DNA of 29,585 nucleotides from Deltaproteobacteria bacterium CG07_land_8_20_14_0_80_60_11 (GTDB lineage Bacteria; Desulfobacterota; Desulfobaccia; Desulfobaccales; 0-14-0-80-60-11): NCBI GenBank assembly GCA_002779455.1, contig PEWM01000102.1, positions 12,685 to 42,269 of the forward strand, read 5' to 3'. Shown piece by piece: positions 1 to 7,625 of this stretch (position 1 is its first letter; each line of letters starts with the position of its first letter). The notes under the pieces were generated by a model. It saw only the letters and a program-made list of their open reading frames with translations, ran no database searches and was not told where the DNA came from. The position numbers and the translations under genes were made by a program.

Positions 1-90
1 GCGTGCGTCTTACGCACCAAGAATGGCGCGTGAGACGCGCCCTACGGATTTTAGCGGCCAACAAAAAAGGGCACGGTAGCCGCGCCCCTT
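1..90. repeat. Cluster of GTAG-family REP-like palindromes (truncated at window edge)
   Basis: Hairpins GTGCGTCTTACGCAC (3-17) and GGCGCGTGAGACGCGCC followed by CTAC (25-45; CTAC = reverse GTAG foot), plus a degenerate GGGCACGG..CCGCGCCCC at ~68-88. Lies just downstream of the carbamoyltransferase stop. Confidence 0.6.
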
Positions 91-122
91 TTGAAGTAAA
101 CCGCTGCGGCCGGCGCCGCCGA

Positions 123-1985
123 CTAGTCCAGTTCGAACTCCGTGCGCCAGTCTTTAGCTTCCTGCCAGGCAGGCTGGTCCTGCTTGTCGAACCGGTAGTC
201 GCCCATGACCAGGTAGTCCATTTCGGTGCGCATGAAGCACTGGTAGGCGTCTTCCGGGGTGCAGACGATAGGCTCGCCCCGGACGTTAAAGCTGGTGTTG
301 ACGATGAGGCCGCAGCCGGTGTGCTCTTTGAAGGCCCGGATCAGACGCCAGTAGCGTTCGTTGGTCTCCTTGTGCACCGTCTGGATGCGGGCCGAGTAGT
401 CCACATGGGTGATGGCCGGCACGTCGGACCGGAGGTGGTAGAGGCGGTCAAACAGCTCCAGGTTATCATAGCCGGGAGGCAGGGGGTTGCGTCTCGCTTC
501 CCTGACCGGCGCCACCAGCAGCATGTAGGGGGACGGCCGGTCCAGTTCGAAATAGTTGGCCGTTTCCTCGTGCAGCACCGACGGCGCAAAGGGCCTAAAG
601 CCCTCCCGATACTTGATTTTCAAGTTGAGGCGTTTTTGCATCTCCGGGTGCCGGGGGTCCCCCAGGATGCTGCGGTTGCCCAGGGCCCGGGGGCCCCACT
701 CCATCCGCCCCTGGAACCAGCCCACCACCTGCCCCTGGGCCAGGAGGGCCGCCACGTCCCGGACCAGGTCAGCGAAATCGGGGTAGTGCTGATAAGGGGC
801 CTGGCGCCGCCGGGCCACCCGGAGGATGTCATCGGCGCCGAATTCCGGCCCCAGGTAGGAGCCGGCCATGTTGTCCATCTGGGGATTGGGCACCGGGCGC
901 TCGTTGCCCTGCCAGATGTGCCAGGCCGCCAGGGCCGCGCCCAGGGCGCCGCCGGCGTCGCCCGCGGCGGGCTGAATCCAGATGTCTTTGAAGGCGCCCC
1001 GGCGGATCAACTTGCCGTTGGCCACGCAGTTCAAGGCGACGCCGCCGGCCATCACCAGATAGTCGGCCCCGGTGAGCTTTTTGGCGGTGTCCGCCAGGCG
1101 CAGCACGATTTCTTCCGTGGCCTGCTGGATGGCCAGGGCCAGGTTCATGTACCGCTGGTCCAGCCTGCCTTCCCGGGGCCGGCGCGGGAGTCCGAACAGG
1201 GATTCCCACTTGTCGTCCAGGCACATGGTGAGCCCGGTGGCGAAGTTGAAATAATCCATGTTCAGGAGGAACGACCCGTCTTCCCGGAGATCCACCAGTT
1301 CGTCCAGGATCAGGGACTTGAAGCACCCGGTCTGCTCGGCGTCGGGGTTGCCGTAGGGGGCCAGCCCCATGAGCTTGTATTCGCCGCTGTTGACCTTGAA
1401 GCCGCAGTAGTAGGTGAAGGCCGAATAGAGCAGGCCCAGGGAGTGGGGGAAGTGGAGCTCCCGCAGGAGGGTGATTCCGCGGCCCCGGCCAAACCCGATG
1501 GTGGAGGTGGCCCATTCCCCGACCCCGTCCAGCGTGAGGATGGCGGCCTCGGGGAACGGCGACGGATAGAAGGCCGAGGCGGCGTGGGACAGGTGGTGCT
1601 CCGGAAAGAGGGTTGGGGGATTGCCGTCTCCCACCTTGGCCAGTTCTTCCTTGAGCATGGTGCGCATCATCAGCTTTTCTTTGATCCACACCGGCATGGC
1701 CGCGATAAAGCTCCGGAGCCCCCGGGGGGCAAACCCGTGGTAGGTCTCCAGCAGGCGCTCGAACTTGAGGTAGGGCTTGTCATAGAAGGCCACGGCCGCC
1801 AGGTCGGAGAGCCTCAGGCCCGACTCGGCCATGACATAGGCCAGGGCATTGGCCGGGAAGGCGGGGTCGTGCTTCTTGCGGGTGAACCGCTCCTCCTGGG
1901 CCGCGGCGATGATCTGCCCGTTCACCAGGAGGGCGGCGGCGCTGTCGTGATAAAAGGCGGAGAGACCTAAAATCGCTTCGGACAA
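123..1985 (-). CDS. O-carbamoyltransferase, NodU/CmcH/TobZ family (SxtI-like), 620 aa
   Basis: N-terminal ILGLSAFYHDSAAAL, AAAQEERF, EHHLSHAAS, LTLDGVGE, SLGLLYS, GEYKLMGLAPYG, AGGVALN, PAAGDAG; C-terminal GRMEWGPRALGNRSIL, KYREGFRPFAP, NTSFNVRGEPIV. TTG start preceded by AGGGG-like SD. Confidence 0.95.
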   Translation of the reverse strand: MSEAILGLSAFYHDSAAALLVNGQIIAAAQEERFTRKKHDPAFPANALAYVMAESGLRLSDLAAVAFYDKPYLKFERLLETYHGFAPRGLRSFIAAMPVWIKEKLMMRTMLKEELAKVGDGNPPTLFPEHHLSHAASAFYPSPFPEAAILTLDGVGEWATSTIGFGRGRGITLLRELHFPHSLGLLYSAFTYYCGFKVNSGEYKLMGLAPYGNPDAEQTGCFKSLILDELVDLREDGSFLLNMDYFNFATGLTMCLDDKWESLFGLPRRPREGRLDQRYMNLALAIQQATEEIVLRLADTAKKLTGADYLVMAGGVALNCVANGKLIRRGAFKDIWIQPAAGDAGGALGAALAAWHIWQGNERPVPNPQMDNMAGSYLGPEFGADDILRVARRRQAPYQHYPDFADLVRDVAALLAQGQVVGWFQGRMEWGPRALGNRSILGDPRHPEMQKRLNLKIKYREGFRPFAPSVLHEETANYFELDRPSPYMLLVAPVREARRNPLPPGYDNLELFDRLYHLRSDVPAITHVDYSARIQTVHKETNERYWRLIRAFKEHTGCGLIVNTSFNVRGEPIVCTPEDAYQCFMRTEMDYLVMGDYRFDKQDQPAWQEAKDWRTEFELD

Positions 1986-1997
1986 CCTCTTATCCCC

Positions 1998-2147
1998 TTA
2001 AAAAATGGTGTAGATGAAGGGGGCGATGGCCGAACCGCTGGCAAAGACCATCAACGCGCCGAAAAACAAGAGCGTCAGGATGATGGGCAACAACCAAAAT
2101 TTTTTTCTGACCTTGAGGAAGCCCCACAAATCTCGAACGAAACCCAT
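1998..2147 (-). CDS. Small membrane protein, DUF5989/SxtK-like, 49 aa (absent from the supplied ORF track)
   Basis: Hand translation: MGFVRDLWGFLKVRKKFWLLPIILTLLFFGALMVFASGSAIAPFIYTIF. SD AAGGAG upstream of the ATG. Matches the family pattern (RKKxWLxP...APFIYTxF) and sits directly upstream of the carbamoyltransferase. Confidence 0.9.
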   Translation of the reverse strand: MGFVRDLWGFLKVRKKFWLLPIILTLLFFGALMVFASGSAIAPFIYTIF

Positions 2148-2191
2148 AAAACAACTCCTTGGATATTAATCAGGCCGATGGAAAAGCCCAA

Positions 2192-2220
2192 GCAGGGCCG
2201 GGTTTTAACCCCGCCTCGCC
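2192..2220. repeat. Degenerate REP copy
   Basis: GCAGGGCCGGGTTTTAACCCCGCCTCGCC resembles the intact GTAGGGGCGGGTTTTAAACCCGCCCCTAC at 4893-4921. Confidence 0.55.
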
Positions 2221-2232
2221 AATATCTTCCTT

Positions 2233-2652
2233 TCAATAAGGGTTCTCCATATCCTTTCCCTGGACGGCGCCTTCCCGGACGACGAACACGGAGTCCTGGC
2301 CCTGTTTCCACTTCTTCAATTGGAGAGCATCGGCCCCGCTCCAGCGGCGGATTACCCCAATGGGGGTGACGATCAGGAAGAACAGCACCGTCAGGATAAC
2401 CCGGGAGACCACGTTGCCCAGGAGATGGGAGAGGCCGAACCAGAGCCCGGCCAAAGGCTTAAAGGCCTTGGGCCAGGCCATGGTGAGGATGAGCAGGGCG
2501 ATGGCCACGGGCAGAAACTTGGGAAACTTGCCCCAATATCCCAGGAGAAGGCAAATCAGCACCATGGCCATCCCCGTATCTTTGGCCTGCTCCGGGGTGG
2601 ACGAAAGCCACCGGGCCACAGGGTTGGCGCCTTTCAGCTTTTCTGTCGCCAT
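2233..2652 (-). CDS. SxtJ family membrane protein, 139 aa
   Basis: Hydrophobic segments plus WPKAFKPL..LW..L...LG.VVSRVIL..LFFLIVTPIG and C-terminal DMENPY; adjacent to the SxtK-like and carbamoyltransferase genes. Confidence 0.85.
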   Translation of the reverse strand: MATEKLKGANPVARWLSSTPEQAKDTGMAMVLICLLLGYWGKFPKFLPVAIALLILTMAWPKAFKPLAGLWFGLSHLLGNVVSRVILTVLFFLIVTPIGVIRRWSGADALQLKKWKQGQDSVFVVREGAVQGKDMENPY

Positions 2653-2731
2653 GCTTCTCCTCTACGCAGACTTTTACTAATCTTTAATTTTATCATGAAT
2701 AAGATTTTTTCCGCAATGTTTACCCTGCGCC

Positions 2732-2758
2732 GGCACAGGCTGGTAAGCCTGTGCCACC
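2732..2758. repeat. REP-like palindrome, class GGCACAGGCTGGWAAGCCTGTGCCACC
   Basis: Stem GGCACAGGCT/AGCCTGTGCC; near-identical copy at 10060-10086. Confidence 0.75.
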
Positions 2759-2902
2759 GGTTTGATGGCGACCCGGCCTGAAAGACCTTGGGGCCGGGCA
2801 GCCTGCCCTTCCCCTCCCCCCAATTTACTGCCATAATAGTAACCGAGCTGATAAAAATATTCGAGGGATTCTCTTATCATATCCGCAGAGGCAGGAGGGA
2901 CC

Positions 2903-3538
2903 ATGACCAAAATGATGCCCGATCTGGAAGGCTATTTCCGGGGCCTGGCGCCGGACAGCGATGCCTTGCTCCTGGAGTTGGAAGTAGAGGCCACCCGCGA
3001 GTCCATCCCCATCGTCGGCCCGGTGGTGGGGGAACTCCTCTTCGTCCTGGCCCGGGCCACCGGGGCCGCCCGCATCCTGGAGTTAGGCGCCGCCACCGGG
3101 TATTCGGGCATCTTTTTGGGCCGGGCCTGCGCCGGGATTAAGGGCCGGGTAATTTCCCTGGAATTGGATGAGGCGATGGCCCAACGGGCCCGGGGCAACT
3201 TCGCCCGGGCCGGGCTCAGCGAGGTGATGGAGGTCCGGGTGGGGGAGGCCCTGAAGTTGATGGCCGAGATGTCGGAGACCTTTGACCTGATCTTCCTGGA
3301 CATCGACAAGAAATCCTACCTGCCGGCCCTGTCCCTCTGCCGGCGGCTCCTGCGACCGGGCGGCCTCCTGGTGGCGGACAACGTGGGGTTCTCCGGGGCG
3401 GCGGATTTCAACCGGGAAATCTTGGAAAACCCCGCCTGGCGCGCCGTCCACCTGCTGAGCTTTCTGCCCCGCCACTCCCCGGAGCACGACGGCCTGGCCC
3501 TGGCGGTGAAGGAGGCGAGGCCGGGGCGGCTCTGGTAG
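2903..3538 (+). CDS. SAM-dependent O-methyltransferase (caffeoyl-CoA OMT/YrrM-like family), 211 aa
   Basis: IPIVGPVVGELL, motif I LELGAATGYSG, FDLIFLDIDK, LRPGGLLVADNV; SD GGAGGG. Confidence 0.88.
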   Translation: MTKMMPDLEGYFRGLAPDSDALLLELEVEATRESIPIVGPVVGELLFVLARATGAARILELGAATGYSGIFLGRACAGIKGRVISLELDEAMAQRARGNFARAGLSEVMEVRVGEALKLMAEMSETFDLIFLDIDKKSYLPALSLCRRLLRPGGLLVADNVGFSGAADFNREILENPAWRAVHLLSFLPRHSPEHDGLALAVKEARPGRLW

Positions 3539-3554
3539 ATATGAGCCTGCACCT

Positions 3555-3614
3555 GTAGGGGCGCACCCATGTGTGCGCCCTCACCCACGGGCGGACCCAT
3601 GGGTCCGCCCCTAC
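3555..3614. repeat. Inverted REP doublet (GTAG...CTAC)
   Basis: GTAGGGGCGCACCCATGTGTGCGCCC, a short spacer, then GGGCGGACCCATGGGTCCGCCCCTAC, between convergent genes. Confidence 0.85.
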
Positions 3615-4771
3615 TGCGGCGCCATGATCCCCTTCAACCGGGCCGCAATGATCCGGGCCGCCAGTTGGGACCCGGCGTCATTGAAGTGGACCAGGTCATA
3701 CAGATATTTTTTATCGGCGGGCACTTCCCGGGCCAGGTCGATGACCATGACCTGATTTTTCCGGCCCACTTCCCGGATAGTGTCGTTGAAGGCGTCATAC
3801 ATCTCTTTGAATTTCTGGTAGCTGATGCCGTGGTCGCGGCCGTCGCGGCCGATGTAGGCCGCCACCACCGGGTCGGGGTTATCCGTGATCCGGTTGGCCT
3901 GGGTCATCAGCACCGGCACGATGCCCCAGGCCTTGCAGGTACAGACAATCGTCTGGAGGCCGGCGGCAAAATCGTGCCTCATTCGTTGCTGGTCAATGAT
4001 GAGCTTCTTGCCCCGGGCGCCGGCGAATTCGTCCTCCTCTTGCCCGGACAGGGTCTTTTCCAGATTTCTGTAGGCATAGTTGAGGTTCGGAATAAAAATT
4101 TCTTTCAGGAGCTTGCCCACCAGCTGCCGCTTTTTCAGGGTCTCCAGGGGCGACCGGGCCGTACGCTTATTCCAGTAGGTCCCTTCGTACAGGAGGGTGC
4201 TCAGGTCGTTGATGTTCTCCATGAAGACCACGACGCCGGGTTTCAGGGGGATCACCTTGTTGATCAGGATATCGATGGCGTTCAGGGTATTGCTGCCCGA
4301 CATCCCGCCGTTGTAGGAATTGATCCTGGCGCCCGTCTCCTGCTCCAGGATCTGCCCCGCCGCGTAAGGAAACCGGTGGTCTGCGTCCACAAACATGCAC
4401 TCGGTGGTGGACCCGCCCAGGAACACGATGACCTTATCGGGCCGGTCATGTTTTTGAGAAGGGCCGATAAAGCCGTTATTATCTATGTCAACCCGGTACT
4501 GCTTGGTGAAGACATTGTCGGTGTAGGGCAGGTGATTGCGGGGAAAAGCCAGCAGCAGGCGGGCGCCGGGACGGTATTCCTTTAACCTGACATACCTTCG
4601 TTCGGCTTCCGCCTCCAGAAAAATCCCGTGCCGGTGGTTATTGAACTCCAGGAATTTCTCCGCGGCGAAGACTATGGCCAGAATGAAAATTAGGGTAACC
4701 GCGGCCAGGGTTTTCTTGGGATGGCGCTGGAACCAGTTGGCGGCGGTCTCGTTTGGGGGGTCGGGCATCAT
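3611..4771 (-). CDS. Membrane-anchored SGNH/GDSL hydrolase-fold protein (SxtL/DltD/AlgJ-like architecture), 386 aa
   Basis: N-terminal TM (KKTLAAVTLIFILAIVFAAE); block I FLGGSTTE (Ser), block II NGGMSG, block III ENINDL, block V DLVHF (DxxH). Start could be 4768. Confidence 0.88.
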   Translation of the reverse strand: MMPDPPNETAANWFQRHPKKTLAAVTLIFILAIVFAAEKFLEFNNHRHGIFLEAEAERRYVRLKEYRPGARLLLAFPRNHLPYTDNVFTKQYRVDIDNNGFIGPSQKHDRPDKVIVFLGGSTTECMFVDADHRFPYAAGQILEQETGARINSYNGGMSGSNTLNAIDILINKVIPLKPGVVVFMENINDLSTLLYEGTYWNKRTARSPLETLKKRQLVGKLLKEIFIPNLNYAYRNLEKTLSGQEEDEFAGARGKKLIIDQQRMRHDFAAGLQTIVCTCKAWGIVPVLMTQANRITDNPDPVVAAYIGRDGRDHGISYQKFKEMYDAFNDTIREVGRKNQVMVIDLAREVPADKKYLYDLVHFNDAGSQLAARIIAARLKGIMAPQ

Positions 4772-4892
4772 TGACTATTCCAGGGATATTCGGCCTCGCC
4801 GGGAGGTGACCCGTCTGTAGCCCAAGCTTCAGCCTGCGTGAGGTAAACCATCATGGCCGAAGTATTGGCCACCTCCAACGGTGAAATTCCCT

Positions 4893-4921
4893 GTAGGGGC
4901 GGGTTTTAAACCCGCCCCTAC
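4893..4921. repeat. REP palindrome GTAGGGGCGGGTTTTAAACCCGCCCCTAC
   Basis: Perfect 14-bp inverted repeat around a single central T, with a GTAG foot on both strands. Confidence 0.9.
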
Positions 4922-5270
4922 GTCTGGATTCTCACGGTAAAGCCTATACCACCAATCTTTTTCGAGGCTGAGCATGGCCGGATACCCGGCCGGCCGGGCC
5001 TTTTCCTGGGAAGATGATAAAACATGGCGCCGGGCATGGCAATCACTTTCACTTCCCTTAAGCCTTGGGCCTGAACGCCGGGGCGGGGGTGTCCAACCCC
5101 TGAAGGCCAGGGCCGCACTCCGGCCGGAATTTCGCCCCCAGCCCCCCCTTAAGACGACTTTTCCTGACCGGCGGCGGCAATATCTGATATATAGAAGAGG
5201 CTTCGGCAAGCTCCCCCACGGGGGCCCCGGGCTTGGAAAAATCATCCTTAAGGCCACCGCCGGTCCCTTG

Positions 5271-6701
5271 ATGCTCGATAGCAGTCATAGCCCGCCAGTT
5301 CCGGGGGAGTCCGCCCCGCCCCGCATCCTCCAGAAGTTTGCCTACCTGCTCAGCGCCCTTTGGGTCCGGGAGGCTTTGCAAGCCGTTTTCCTCATCTATC
5401 TGGCCCGGGTCAGTTCCACCACTTACGGGGAGTTTATCCTGGCCCTGGGTTTGGGGAGCATCCTCCTGTTGGTGGCGGAATTTGGCCTCAACCTGCCCCT
5501 GGTGTCCCTCCTGGCCCAAAAGGACGGGGAGCCGGACGCCGCCCTGACCCAGGTGTCCCTCCTCAAGGGGACCTTGCTGATCCTGGCCCTCATGGGGGTG
5601 TTGGGCTTCATGGAGTGGCAGGACTACGCCCCGTCCCTCAAACACGTCATGTTTATGCTCTGCGCCGGGTTGGGACTGGAGGCCCTGTCCAACTCTTTTT
5701 TTGTGGCCTTGCAGGTCCAGGGCCGCCAGGACCTCCAGGGCAAGATCAAAGCCCTGGCGGCCGGGATAGGCTTCGGCTATGGCCTCATCGCCCTGGCCCT
5801 GGGAGCCGCCCCCCTGGTGGTGGCCGCCTTCAAGCTCATCGAGAGTTTGATCAACCTGGGAGGCAGCTTTATCCTGGTGCGCTCCCGGGGCCGCTTCCGG
5901 TTCAAGTGGCCCTCCCTGGGACGGCTGGGTTCCACCCTGAAGCTGAGCCTGGTGTTTGGCCTCATCGAAGTCTCGGCCGTCATCTACAACAAGGCCAACC
6001 TCTTTTTCCTCCAGAAGTACGCCGGGGTCCAAGGAGTGGCTCAGTACAGCGTTACCTGGCAGACGGTAGACGGCATCTCCGTGCTGGTCTCCAACCTGCT
6101 CCTGCAGAGCATCCTGTTCCCGATCTTCGTCCAACTCTGGGAGGTGGACCGCGGGAGGGTCTCCCAACTGGCCCAGAACACCGCCCGCTGGCTGCTGGCC
6201 GCCGCCATGGCGGTCATGTTTCTGCTGTTCATCGAGAGCGACCGCATCATCACCCTAGTTTACGGCCCCAATTACCCGGAAGCCATCTGGCTGCAAAAGC
6301 TCCTGGTGGTGACCGTGGTCTTTGCCTTTATGCACAACCTGGCGGCGTTTCTCATGATCAGTATGCGGCTCCAGCGGTTGCTCCTGCTTTTTTACCTGGG
6401 CGGACTGGCCTTCAACCTGGTCTGGTGCGCCCTGGTCATTCCCCGGGCGCCCCTCCTGGGGGCGGCCCTGGCCATAGTGCTCACCAAGGGCGGGGTGGCC
6501 CTCCTGACCGTGTCTTTCTGCCAGCGGCGTCTGGGGCTCATGCGCCGGCGCCCCCTGCTCCAGTTGGGCCTGACCGTCCTTTTAGGCGCCCTGCTTTATC
6601 TGATGGGGCACGGTCGCCTGCCGCGGGAAGCGACCGAAGCCCTGGCCCTGGCCCCCACCTTCCTCCTGGCGTGGCGGTGGTGGCGAAAGAGATGCGATTA
6701 A
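5271..6701 (+). CDS. Wzx/MOP-superfamily oligosaccharide flippase, ~476 aa
   Basis: Many TM segments; IYLAR..STTYGEF, AEFGLN, GVAQYSV, ITLVYGPNYPEA, LLGAALA. Start moved from the ORF-track 4974 to ATG 5271 because the upstream part is low-complexity. Confidence 0.85.
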   Translation: MLDSSHSPPVPGESAPPRILQKFAYLLSALWVREALQAVFLIYLARVSSTTYGEFILALGLGSILLLVAEFGLNLPLVSLLAQKDGEPDAALTQVSLLKGTLLILALMGVLGFMEWQDYAPSLKHVMFMLCAGLGLEALSNSFFVALQVQGRQDLQGKIKALAAGIGFGYGLIALALGAAPLVVAAFKLIESLINLGGSFILVRSRGRFRFKWPSLGRLGSTLKLSLVFGLIEVSAVIYNKANLFFLQKYAGVQGVAQYSVTWQTVDGISVLVSNLLLQSILFPIFVQLWEVDRGRVSQLAQNTARWLLAAAMAVMFLLFIESDRIITLVYGPNYPEAIWLQKLLVVTVVFAFMHNLAAFLMISMRLQRLLLLFYLGGLAFNLVWCALVIPRAPLLGAALAIVLTKGGVALLTVSFCQRRLGLMRRRPLLQLGLTVLLGALLYLMGHGRLPREATEALALAPTFLLAWRWWRKRCD

Positions 6702-6837
6702 CGGGCCAGATGGAATATTCCGATCCCGGTTGATTGACGGAGGCATACAAGCAAGGGGGCATTTTGAAAGAGGATGATAAGCCCCACATTTAAAATCACC
6801 AATTGGTCAAAAATCTGTTTTTTTCGTCCACAAATTA

Positions 6838-6866
6838 TTGACAGAATCATTTATACGTGGCATGAA
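6838..6866 (+). promoter_or_regulatory. Possible sigma70 promoter of the AT-rich cassette
   Basis: Perfect TTGACA (6838-6843); the -10 at 17 nt spacing is weak (TGG-CATGAA). Confidence 0.35.
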
Positions 6867-6887
6867 AACTAAAAAGGAATGGCCCCG

Positions 6888-7139
6888 ATGAATTCTGAAG
6901 AGATCATCAAGATATTAGAAAGTAAAAAAGCTATATTGCCTTGCCCATCCTGCGGAAACGATGCATTTACCCTATTGGATGGATTTTTTACTCAGGAATT
7001 CATGGGATGGGGGTCAATCTTTACGACTGCGGGTGGCCCACGGTCTATCACTTATATCGCCTTAGTCTGTGATAATTGTGGTTTTGTCCGGCACCATGCC
7101 ATAAAGCCTTTGGGGATAACTCCAAAACCAAGAGTTTGA
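6888..7139 (+). CDS. Small zinc-ribbon protein (CPSC...CDNC), ~83 aa, function unknown
   Basis: Two CxxC pairs. SD AAGGA spacing favours ATG 6888 over 6879. AT-rich codon usage. Confidence 0.75.
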   Translation: MNSEEIIKILESKKAILPCPSCGNDAFTLLDGFFTQEFMGWGSIFTTAGGPRSITYIALVCDNCGFVRHHAIKPLGITPKPRV

Positions 7140-7164
7140 CAATGAGTGGCAAAGTTATTAAAAT
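7136..7164 (+). promoter_or_regulatory. Near-consensus sigma70 promoter straddling the gene junction
   Basis: TTGACA (7136-7141), exactly 17 nt, TAAAAT (7159-7164). Confidence 0.6.
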
Positions 7165-7531
7165 TAGACCAGAACTTGATAATCATCTCATGTCGGATTC
7201 AGGCGGGGAACCACCGATGGATTCATATTGGGGAAAATATTTAGATGCTCGTTTTGCACATATTGAAGCGGATGTTAAGGAAATCCGGTCGGATATAAAA
7301 GACCAAAGCAGAAAAATCGATGGCCTAAAATATTGGATTTTGGGAACGTTTCTTGTTTTGGCCACACTTTTCTTTACGGTGGTGGGATACTTTACTTGGA
7401 CTATGCAGAACCAATTCAACTATCATCAATCCAGCATCCAGACCCAAATGCAAGCCTTTTCCGAATATGTCAAAGCCGTAACCCAACCCCAGGGGATTCA
7501 GACTCCGAAAGCACCACCAGAAAATAGATAA
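7142..7531 (+). CDS. Coiled-coil + single-TM hypothetical protein (129 aa; alternative starts at 7190 and 7217)
   Basis: DARFAHIEADVKEIRSDIKDQSRKIDGLK heptad-like run, then TM YWILGTFLVLATLFFTVVGYFTW and a Gln-rich tail. Start 7076 of the ORF track overlaps the upstream gene and is unlikely. Confidence 0.7.
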   Translation: MSGKVIKIRPELDNHLMSDSGGEPPMDSYWGKYLDARFAHIEADVKEIRSDIKDQSRKIDGLKYWILGTFLVLATLFFTVVGYFTWTMQNQFNYHQSSIQTQMQAFSEYVKAVTQPQGIQTPKAPPENR

Positions 7532-7552
7532 TCTTCCGAAAGTATTTGCGCC

Positions 7553-7577
7553 AGGCGGCCTGCGGGTCGCCTTTTTT
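7553..7577 (+). terminator. Rho-independent terminator
   Basis: Stem AGGCGGCC / GGTCGCCT (one G-U pair), loop TGCG, followed by a T run. Confidence 0.8.
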
Positions 7578-7625
7578 CAAGGTGGGACGCCCCCGGTCGG
7601 GTCGCCTGACCTTAGGAGGAATTGA

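Noticed and set aside
3-1970. 655-aa plus-strand ORF
   Set aside because: Antisense shadow of the carbamoyltransferase; no start context or motifs. Long shadows are expected at high GC.
3569-4585. 338-aa plus-strand ORF
   Set aside because: Antisense to the SGNH gene and begins inside a REP.
123-4771. Saxitoxin biosynthesis cluster
   Set aside because: Only sxtI/J/K/L-like genes are present; no sxtA, sxtG, sxtB or other core genes in view. Context is envelope glycosylation.
4829-5257. 142-aa minus-strand ORF (and 4918-5118)
   Set aside because: Low complexity, reads through the REP (VGAGLKPAPT), no recognisable domain.
4974-5270. N-terminal extension of the flippase
   Set aside because: Arg/Pro-rich, non-membrane, no SD; flippase-like sequence starts after ATG 5271.
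5058-6733. ORFs 5058-6167(-) and 5360-6733(+)
   Set aside because: Antisense and alternate-frame shadows of the flippase.
6702-7620. Integron cassette or prophage attachment site
   Set aside because: No convincing attC (RYYYAAC...GTTRRRY) pair, direct repeats or integrase found by eye.
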